The position numbers and the translations under genes were made by a program. A model generated the notes under the pieces. It searched no databases, was not told the DNA's origin, and saw only the letters and a program-made list of their open reading frames with translations. From NCBI GenBank assembly GCA_942493105.1, contig OW818668.1, forward strand, positions 1,200,001 through 1,232,000: a stretch of DNA of 32,000 nt, written 5' to 3'. Each line of letters starts with the position of its first letter. Position 1 is the first letter of the stretch. Positions 25,830-32,000 of this stretch are shown one piece after another. Source of the DNA: an uncultured Erysipelotrichaceae bacterium. GTDB lineage: Bacteria > Bacillota_I > Bacilli_A > Erysipelotrichales > Erysipelotrichaceae.

Positions 25830-26498
25830 ATGGATCAAACAAATCAAGTATTCTGGGAAGCTGCTGCGGCTGGAGATCTCTCTAAGGTCGTATTGGCAGT
25901 CAACCAAGGCGCTGACGTCAATGTCAGAAATGCTGAAGCTCGTACCGCATTGATGAGAAGTTCTAAACGAGGTTTTGAGAAAGTCGTTCGTTATCTCATC
26001 GACAATGGTGCCGATGTGAATGCGAAAGACAACAATGGGAAGACCGCTTTGATGGGTGCTGCTAAAAAAGGGCACATCGATATCGCCAAGATGTTGATTG
26101 ATTCAGGAGCCGATGTGAATGTCGCTGATAATAAAGGCAAAACTGCCTTGATCAGAGCCAGTTTCTTAGGTCAATTGGATGTGGTAGAACTCTTGATCAA
26201 GTCTAGAGTCAATGTGAATGCACAAGATGATATGGGTAGAACCCCTTTGATGGAAGCATGCAATGCCTTCAAATTCGATGTGATCAAAGCTTTATTGGCA
26301 GCAGGAGCCAATATCAATGCCGTGGATGATAATGGATGTACAGCCTTGATGAGAGCAGCCTATATCGGTTATACCGAAATGGTGCAATACCTCTTGGATC
26401 ATGGCGCAGACAAAGAAGTGATCGATAAAGGCGGCAATAAAGCCGTGCATTATGTTAGAACCGAATGTTTGGCTGAACTTAAGCCTTTACTTAAATAG
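25830..26498 (+). CDS. Ankyrin-repeat protein (six 33-aa ANK repeats plus a C-terminal cap), cytoplasmic
   Basis: ORF track 25767..26498. ATG 25830 lies 5 nt after AGGAGGA. Six tandem units of the form xTALMxAxxxGxxxxVxxLIxxGADVNAxDxxG. No signal peptide or TM segment. Confidence 0.9.
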   Translation: MDQTNQVFWEAAAAGDLSKVVLAVNQGADVNVRNAEARTALMRSSKRGFEKVVRYLIDNGADVNAKDNNGKTALMGAAKKGHIDIAKMLIDSGADVNVADNKGKTALIRASFLGQLDVVELLIKSRVNVNAQDDMGRTPLMEACNAFKFDVIKALLAAGANINAVDDNGCTALMRAAYIGYTEMVQYLLDHGADKEVIDKGGNKAVHYVRTECLAELKPLLK

Positions 26499-26512
26499 GA
26501 GCCCCAATCACC

Positions 26513-28594
26513 ATGAAAGATTATGCAGCCTTAGATATACGTAACATTGTCTTACTGGGTCATTCCGGTGTAGGAAAGACCCAAATCGTAGAAAGTATGC
26601 TGTATTTTACGAAAGTGACCGATCGTATGGGGAAGACCATCGATGGGAATTCTGTCATAGATTTTGATCAGGATGAAATTAAAAAAGGATTATCGATTTA
26701 TACAGGATTAGCCCCGATCGAATGGAAAGATCACAAGATCAATTTCATCGATACCCCAGGCTACTTTGATTATGCTCAGGAACAAGAAGCAGGCTTAGCG
26801 GTTGCAGACAATGCCTTGATCGTCGTCAGTGCCAAAGATGGGATCCAAACCGGAACCATCAGAGCTTGGAAATCGGTCAGTAAACGTAAGTTGCCTACGA
26901 TCTTCTTCATCAATAAGATCGATGAAGAAAATACATCATTTGATAAAGTGTATGCTCAACTCAGAGACCAATTTGGAAAGTCTGTCATACCTTTTGAAAT
27001 GCCCATCATTGAGAATGGTAAAGTCGTTGGATCCATCAATATCTTAAAGAATAAAGCCTGGTACTTAAAAGACAGAAATACCCCACAAGAAGTCCCTGCA
27101 GCTTTAAAAGCTCAAGTCGATGATTACCTCAATCAGATCTCAGAAGCTGTTGCGATGACATCTGATGAGTTGATGGAGAAGTTTTTCTCAGGGGAACCTT
27201 TTCAAGAAGCACAATTGATCCAAGGCGTTAGAGCTGGGGTCAGATCAGGTGATATTCGTCCTGTGTATTGTGGCTCCGCAACCCAACAGATCGGTATTGA
27301 GCGCTTATTGGATCTGATTGGAGAATATTTCCCGTCTTATGGTGAAAAAGGGCTTATTGAAGCTAAAAATCTTAGAGGTGAAGTGGTTAAATTACGTACC
27401 GATGAAAGTGAATCATTCAGTGCTTTGGTTTATAAGACCATCATTGACCCCTTCGTAGGTCGTATTTCCTATATTAAGGTCATGACTGGGGTTTTGAATT
27501 CAGATTCGGTGGTTCAAAATGTACGTGAAGAAAAACCTGAAAAGATTGCCCAAGTCTTTATCGTCAAAGGCAAGAATCAAATCGCTGTCGGTAAGTTGTT
27601 TACTGGAGATTTAGGCTGTGTCGTCAAACTTCAAGTGACACGCACCAATGATACTTTGGCCATCAAAGGCAAAGAAGTGGTCTATGATCACATCATCTTC
27701 CCAGAAGGTTTGTTGGCGATGAGCATCTTCCCAAAATCCAAACTCGATGAAGATAAACTCAGTTCTTCCTTACAACGCATTGAAGAAGAAGATCCTTCAT
27801 GCAAAGTCGTTAAAAACCCTGAAACCCATGAAATGGTCTTATATGGATTAGGGGATCAACATTTGGATGTCATCGTCAGTAAGCTTCGAAACAAATATAA
27901 AGTCGATGTTGAACTCAGAGAACCACGGATCCCTTATCGTGAAACCATTCGCGGAACTGTTACCGTAGAAGGCAAACATAAGAAACAATCTGGTGGTGCT
28001 GGTCAATTCGGAGATGTCTTCATTACCTTTGAACCCTGTGATTCAATTGAAATGGTCTTTGAAGAAAAAGTATTCGGAGGCGCTGTACCTCGTCAATATT
28101 TCCCAGCCGTAGAAGCTGGTCTTAGAGAAGCCATGGTCAAAGGCGTTTTGGCCGGTTATAAAGTCGTTGGGGTCAAAGCCACTTTGGTGGATGGGAAGTA
28201 TCATGAAGTCGACTCCAAAGAAATCGCGTTTAAAATGGCAGCCCGTTTGGCGTATAAAGCAGGTATGCCCTTGGCTAAACCTGTCCTACTAGAACCTGTC
28301 GTTAAAGTTGCGGTCACCATCCCAGATGAATTTACGGGAGCCGTCATCGGTGATTTCAATAAACGCAGAGGCATCATCTTAGGTATGGAACCCAATGAAG
28401 ATGGCGATCAAGTCGTCTTGGCTGAAGCACCGATGAGTGAAATGATGCGTTATTCAACGGAATTGAGATCATTTACTCAAGGCCGTGGTGTTTATACTCA
28501 AAAATTTGATCGATATGAATTTGCCCCACAGCCTATTGCTGAAAAAGTCATCGCAAATTCTGCCAAAGATCACGAAGAAGAAGAATTGGAATAA
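26513..28594 (+). CDS. EF-G-like translational GTPase paralog (non-canonical G motifs; not in an str-operon context)
   Basis: 693 aa. G1 GHSGVGKT, G3 DTPGY (Tyr at the catalytic His position), G4 NKID, G5 CGSA. Domain IV loops HKKQSGGAGQFGDV and YHEVDSKEIAFKMAA are EF-G-like. Starts 14 nt after the ankyrin gene, with a GGAG overlapping its stop. Confidence 0.9.
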   Translation: MKDYAALDIRNIVLLGHSGVGKTQIVESMLYFTKVTDRMGKTIDGNSVIDFDQDEIKKGLSIYTGLAPIEWKDHKINFIDTPGYFDYAQEQEAGLAVADNALIVVSAKDGIQTGTIRAWKSVSKRKLPTIFFINKIDEENTSFDKVYAQLRDQFGKSVIPFEMPIIENGKVVGSINILKNKAWYLKDRNTPQEVPAALKAQVDDYLNQISEAVAMTSDELMEKFFSGEPFQEAQLIQGVRAGVRSGDIRPVYCGSATQQIGIERLLDLIGEYFPSYGEKGLIEAKNLRGEVVKLRTDESESFSALVYKTIIDPFVGRISYIKVMTGVLNSDSVVQNVREEKPEKIAQVFIVKGKNQIAVGKLFTGDLGCVVKLQVTRTNDTLAIKGKEVVYDHIIFPEGLLAMSIFPKSKLDEDKLSSSLQRIEEEDPSCKVVKNPETHEMVLYGLGDQHLDVIVSKLRNKYKVDVELREPRIPYRETIRGTVTVEGKHKKQSGGAGQFGDVFITFEPCDSIEMVFEEKVFGGAVPRQYFPAVEAGLREAMVKGVLAGYKVVGVKATLVDGKYHEVDSKEIAFKMAARLAYKAGMPLAKPVLLEPVVKVAVTIPDEFTGAVIGDFNKRRGIILGMEPNEDGDQVVLAEAPMSEMMRYSTELRSFTQGRGVYTQKFDRYEFAPQPIAEKVIANSAKDHEEEELE

Positions 28595-28599
28595 GCTTC

Positions 28600-28625
28600 A
28601 AGGCACAATCTTGTGCCTTTTTTTA
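28600..28625 (+). terminator. Intrinsic terminator after the EF-G paralog
   Basis: AAGGCACA (28600-28607) / TGTGCCTT (28612-28619) with loop ATCT, followed by a T-run. Confidence 0.85.
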
Positions 28626-28697
28626 TGACTTGATATGCTTTGTTGGCTTAGAAGGGTTCTTATTTATGCTTGAGTGATTTTGAAGTATAATGAGTAT

Positions 28698-29630
28698 ATG
28701 AGTAAAATCGTTGTATTGGGTGGTGTCAGTGTTGATTTAGTAGGGGTATCTTATGATCCTTTGCGTATGCAAGATTCTAATCCTGGATCAGTATCCTTGT
28801 CTTTTGGTGGAGTTGGAAGAAACATTGCGGAAAACTGTGCCCATTATGGAGCTGAAGTACAACTGATCAGTGTATTTGGAGATGATCACTTAGGTCATCT
28901 GTGTTATAAAGATTGCGTAGAAAGTGGTATAAAAGTCGACCACAGTATTTTTAAGGACCAAACTTCTTCGATGTATCTAGCGATACTGGATCCTAGTGGT
29001 GATCTGGCTTTAGGGGTATCTGATAATTCGATCTTATCATGCTTAAATTATGATTCAATCAAGAGTGCTTTATCGATGATATCTACTCAAGATATCCTTG
29101 TCTTAGAAACCAATTTAGAAAAAGAACTGATCGACATGGTTTTGACACATAAGTCCTGTATGATCGCATGTGATCCGATCTCTACTCATAAAGCAGAGAA
29201 ACTGATCGATCATTTAGGTCAGATCGATATCTTTAAACCCAACGATTTGGAAGCTGCGGTCTATTTTGGATCAGTGCTCACTTCAGATGAAGATTTCCTA
29301 GAAGCTTTACGTTTCTTTAGAAACAAAGGCATCCAAGAAATCATCATCAGTGCTGCTGAAAAAGGGATCTATGTTTCTAAAGGTGAGTCGTATTTTCATT
29401 TATTGACTCCCAGTGTCAAACTCGTCAATGCGACAGGGGCAGGAGATGCCTTCATGGGAGCCTATCTAGTCATGCGTCAGCGCTATGATTTCCAAAGGGC
29501 ACTGGAACTGGCATGTTGTGCCTCACTGCTGACCTTGGAGTCACAAAGGACTGTCCTAAAGGATTTAAGCTTAGAAAGCATCATAACTAAACATGAACGA
29601 AGTATCTTCGTAAGGAAAGACCTATGTTAA
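28698..29630 (+). CDS. psuK: Pseudouridine kinase (PfkB family)
   Basis: ORF track 28674..29630. I prefer ATG 28698 (MSKIVVLGGVSVDL...). Contains GGVGRNIA and a C-terminal GAGDAF motif. Overlaps and precedes psuG. Confidence 0.8.
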   Translation: MSKIVVLGGVSVDLVGVSYDPLRMQDSNPGSVSLSFGGVGRNIAENCAHYGAEVQLISVFGDDHLGHLCYKDCVESGIKVDHSIFKDQTSSMYLAILDPSGDLALGVSDNSILSCLNYDSIKSALSMISTQDILVLETNLEKELIDMVLTHKSCMIACDPISTHKAEKLIDHLGQIDIFKPNDLEAAVYFGSVLTSDEDFLEALRFFRNKGIQEIIISAAEKGIYVSKGESYFHLLTPSVKLVNATGAGDAFMGAYLVMRQRYDFQRALELACCASLLTLESQRTVLKDLSLESIITKHERSIFVRKDLC

Positions 29631-30541
29631 AAATCAATCAAGAAGTAAAGGAAGCATTAAGACAAGGCAAGGCCGTGGTGGCTTTAGAATCAACGATCAT
29701 TTCTCATGGAATGCCTTATCCACAGAATGTTCAAACAGCTCTTGAAGTAGAAGCTGAAATCAGAGCCCATGGGGCAATACCGGCAACCATTGGGATCATT
29801 GATGGGATCATGGTCGTAGGGATGAGTCCTGATGAGATAGAAGCCTTTGGGAAGCGTCATGACATCGTTAAAGTATCAAGGCGTGATTTACCCATGGTCA
29901 TTGCGAATAAGGCGTGGGGAGCCACCACAGTGGCTTCAACCATGATCATAGCGGCTTTGGCGAAGATCGAAGTCTTTGTGACAGGTGGAATCGGCGGAGT
30001 TCACAGAGGTGCTCAAAATTCTTTTGATATTTCTGCAGATCTTCAAGAATTGGCGCATACCAACGTTACCGTGGTCTGTGCAGGAGCCAAAGCCATCTTG
30101 GATCTGCCTTTGACGATGGAATATCTGGAAACCTTTGGGGTTCCTGTCTTAGGTTATCAAAGCGATGAACTGGCAGCTTTCTATACCCCTAAATCAAACT
30201 TAAGAGTCGACCAAAGAGTCAATACAGCCCAAGAAATCGCTCGAATCATTCAAGTTAAACGTGAATTGAAATTAGACGGAGGGGTCTTGATCAGTAATCC
30301 GATCCCAAAAGAATATGCGATGGATGAACAGATCATAACCAAAGCCATTGATCAAGCGCTCAAAGAAAGTCATCAAGAAAACATCAGCGGGAAAGATGTG
30401 ACCCCTTACTTATTAGCCAAAGTCAAAGCATTGACTGGTGGTGATTCACTTGAATCCAATATTGCCTTAATCAAGAATAATGCGTTGGTTGGAGCACAAA
30501 TCGCTGTTGCCTTAAGCAAAGGAGTACAAGATGTACGATAA
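29624..30541 (+). CDS. psuG: Pseudouridine-5'-phosphate glycosidase
   Basis: ...VVALESTIISHGMPYPQN...TGGIGGVHRGA...DISADL...VVCAGAKAILD..., characteristic of the PsuG/IndA family. 305 aa. Confidence 0.9.
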   Translation: MLKINQEVKEALRQGKAVVALESTIISHGMPYPQNVQTALEVEAEIRAHGAIPATIGIIDGIMVVGMSPDEIEAFGKRHDIVKVSRRDLPMVIANKAWGATTVASTMIIAALAKIEVFVTGGIGGVHRGAQNSFDISADLQELAHTNVTVVCAGAKAILDLPLTMEYLETFGVPVLGYQSDELAAFYTPKSNLRVDQRVNTAQEIARIIQVKRELKLDGGVLISNPIPKEYAMDEQIITKAIDQALKESHQENISGKDVTPYLLAKVKALTGGDSLESNIALIKNNALVGAQIAVALSKGVQDVR

Positions 30542-30998
30542 ATGTGTTAAATTATTACAAGAAAGAGGCGTCACTTTAGAAGATATCGCTGAATTGGTCC
30601 TTTTTCTTCAAGGTAAATATCATCCGGAGATCGGTATGGAAGAAATCATGCTGACGGTCAAAGGCGTTATCGCTAAACGTGAAGTTCAACATGCGATCAT
30701 GACCGGCATCTTGATTGATCAGATGGCTGAATCCAATATCCCAATGGATGAACAATTACGTCAAACCTTGATGAATGATGAATCGTTATATGGCATCGAT
30801 GAAGTATTGGCTTATGGCATCTGTAATCTGTATGGTTCGATCGCATTGACCAATTATGGGTATATCGATCGTGAGAAGCCTGGAATCTTGGCTAGTATCA
30901 ATGAACACGGTGCCCAATGTAATGTATTCTTAGACGATATCGTTGGGGCAATTGCGGCCAGTGCGGCCAGCAAAATAGCCCATACCCATGGAAAGTAA
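30531..30998 (+). CDS. PgpA-family protein (B. subtilis YutG-like phosphatidylglycerophosphatase A homolog)
   Basis: LLQERGVTLEDIAELV...LYGIDEVL...YGSIALTNYGYIDREKPGI...FLDDIVGAIAASAASKIAH is collinear with YutG as I recall it. Overlaps the psuG end by 11 nt. AAGGAG SD. Confidence 0.75.
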   Translation: MYDKCVKLLQERGVTLEDIAELVLFLQGKYHPEIGMEEIMLTVKGVIAKREVQHAIMTGILIDQMAESNIPMDEQLRQTLMNDESLYGIDEVLAYGICNLYGSIALTNYGYIDREKPGILASINEHGAQCNVFLDDIVGAIAASAASKIAHTHGK

Positions 30999-31007
30999 GG
31001 TAAACCT

Positions 31008-31490
31008 ATGAAAAAAATATTACTTTTAATCTCAGTCTTGGCATTAGTATTGGTGGGCTGTTCAGATGGGATCCCAGAAAAGATCAAAGATAAAGCCCCA
31101 AACTTAGATAAGATCACCCAAGTCAAACCCAGTTACATCGTAGAGTTGATTGAAAACAAAGCCAGTTTTGTGTTCTATTTTGGTAGTTCTGTGTGTGGTG
31201 CTTGCCAATATATGAAGAATGTCAACAATGAAGTCGTTGAACGCAAAAGCCTTCCGATCTACTATATCGAAATGGATAAAACATCCGATAAGCAATTGAA
31301 TTTGATTTATAAATACGTGGTTAAACCACAAGCGACTCCGACCTATGTGATCGTCTTAAACGGGGTCGTCAAAGAATCCTTTACCCCTGAAATCATTGTT
31401 GGAGATGATACTGGTTTCGTCGATGAACATTTTGATTTGTATGTCGTTAATTTGATCGCGGTCCTTAAAGCTAAAGGTTTAATGAATTGA
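31008..31490 (+). CDS. Thioredoxin-fold lipoprotein with CxxC motif
   Basis: Signal peptide plus lipobox LVGC. FYFGSSVCGACQYM (CGAC) followed by ...TPTYVIVLNG..., consistent with a thioredoxin-like or PedC/BrcD-like fold. Confidence 0.6.
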   Translation: MKKILLLISVLALVLVGCSDGIPEKIKDKAPNLDKITQVKPSYIVELIENKASFVFYFGSSVCGACQYMKNVNNEVVERKSLPIYYIEMDKTSDKQLNLIYKYVVKPQATPTYVIVLNGVVKESFTPEIIVGDDTGFVDEHFDLYVVNLIAVLKAKGLMN

Positions 31491-31491
31491 T

Positions 31492-32000
31492 ATGTTGCCT
31501 GTGACCCTTGAAAGCGCAAGTGCTGCCTTTAGATCTTTAGGTTTAAAAGGCGGTGAAATTGTTGAACTTCATGGCTCACTAAAAGCCATTGGTTTGGTGT
31601 CCGGAGGACCCAATACCATATGTGATGCCTTACTCAAGGTGCTTTCCTATGAAGGCACTTTGATTATGTCTGCTCAATATTCAACCAACAGTGATCCTGC
31701 CCATTGGGAACACCCACCGGTCGATATCGAAGCCTTTAAGGCCATTCGCGAATCGCATCCCCCATATACCGGTAAATCGACTTATCTGGCTTGGATGGGA
31801 TCTTTGGCGCAAACTTTGCAGCTCAAAGATCAAACTGAATTCTCAGATCATCCCAGTATGGCAGTCATGGCCTATGGGAAACAAGCGAAATGGCTGACGA
31901 TGGATGCCCCACTGACTCCTGCATTTGGTTTAGATTCTCCTTATCATAAAGCCATACAACTTAAGGCCAAGGTTTTATTGATTGGGGTAGATTATGATCG
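31492..32000 (+). CDS. AAC(3)-family aminoglycoside N3-acetyltransferase-like protein (5' part; runs off the window)
   Basis: Not in the ORF track because no stop is reached. Hand translation from ATG 31492 gives MLPVTLESASAAFRSLGLKGGEIVELHGSLKAIGLVSGGPNTICDALLKVLSYEGTLIMSAQYSTNSDPAHWEHPPV...SDHPSMAVMAYGKQAKWL...SPYHKAIQLKAKVLLIGVDYD. This matches the Antibiotic_NAT (YokD/AAC(3)) pattern. Confidence 0.7.
   Translation, partial: MLPVTLESASAAFRSLGLKGGEIVELHGSLKAIGLVSGGPNTICDALLKVLSYEGTLIMSAQYSTNSDPAHWEHPPVDIEAFKAIRESHPPYTGKSTYLAWMGSLAQTLQLKDQTEFSDHPSMAVMAYGKQAKWLTMDAPLTPAFGLDSPYHKAIQLKAKVLLIGVDYD

Noticed and set aside
26513-28594. Idea that the EF-G-like gene is a Tet(M)/Tet(O)-type ribosomal protection protein
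   Set aside because: Its length (693 aa) and the domain IV tip loops (KKQSGGAGQFG, YHEVDS) follow EF-G, not the divergent Tet(M) domain IV. Only the PTIFFINKID stretch resembles Tet(M) as I recall it. A resistance role remains possible, but this is not the Tet(M) family.
4286-31331. Short ORFs (60-116 aa) nested antisense or out of frame inside long genes. Examples: 4286-4468, 5307-5489, 6547-6744, 10615-10965, 10814-10996, 12023-12235, 12925-13221, 14580-14768, 16262-16444, 16987-17328, 18481-18774, 18954-19175, 18980-19195, 19542-19841, 19865-20053, 20501-20686, 21058-21258, 21782-21991, 22161-22382, 23461-23682, 24067-24258, 24117-24350, 25803-26075, 26829-27047, 28201-28395, 30854-31126, 31104-31331 and 31691-31897.
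   Set aside because: Each is fully contained in a longer ORF with clear family motifs. None has a convincing SD or a recognisable domain. Such shadow ORFs are expected by chance in AT-rich DNA.
1-32000. Mycoplasma-type genetic code (TGA = Trp)
   Set aside because: TGA terminates several well-delimited genes exactly where coupled downstream starts occur (978-980, 7215-7217, 20832-20834, 21488-21490). Trp is encoded by TGG in conserved motifs. Code 11 fits.
1-32000. Searched for CRISPR arrays, tRNA, rRNA or tmRNA genes, IS elements, transposases, integrases, prophage or toxin-antitoxin and defence-island signatures
   Set aside because: I saw no regularly spaced direct repeats, no cloverleaf-like conserved tRNA boxes in intergenic regions, no terminal inverted repeats flanking a DDE or recombinase ORF, and no compositional break. 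The intergenic regions are short and are explained by promoters, terminators, the T-box and the leader attenuator.

Overview
AT-rich chromosomal segment with dense, mostly operonic coding. It looks like a low-GC Bacillota or wall-less relative (Erysipelotrichia/Acholeplasma-like). It uses genetic code 11: TGA closes several well-delimited ORFs and Trp is TGG. I support about 33 protein genes, most of them housekeeping: an ABC-2 transporter, a DUF4332/DUF937 pair, T-box-controlled asnB, rlmA, xth, an m5U rRNA methyltransferase, cca, a CNNM/CorC transporter, a PAS-GGDEF-EAL protein, a CapA-like protein, namA, cysK with an ECF S-component, sodA with hemolysin-III, an MFS transporter, a two-membrane-protein + M20 peptidase operon, an M3 oligoendopeptidase, a transglutaminase-like lipoprotein, psuK-psuG with a YutG/PgpA-like gene, a CxxC lipoprotein, and a truncated AAC(3)-family acetyltransferase. 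I found no tRNA or rRNA genes, no CRISPR array, and no transposase or integrase. The one clear structured RNA is an Asn (AAC) T-box leader upstream of asnB. The most unusual locus is an insulated unit at about 25.6-28.6 kb. It runs promoter, 30-codon leader ORF, an intrinsic terminator whose 5' arm begins in the leader stop codon, a six-repeat ankyrin protein, an EF-G paralog with the catalytic PGH histidine replaced by Tyr but an EF-G-type domain IV, then a terminator. I propose it as an uncharacterised, translation-sensing, ribosome-directed module. Secondary observations: a frameshift splitting the N-terminal membrane segment of the PAS-GGDEF-EAL gene, whose GGDEF motif is also degenerate (GGDGF); recurrent TATAAT boxes 6-10 nt from SD-less ATGs, suggesting leaderless mRNAs; a perfect 24-bp palindrome in a divergent intergenic region; and a small ORF overlapping the start of the CNNM gene. 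All family assignments come from motif recognition by eye. No database search was run.
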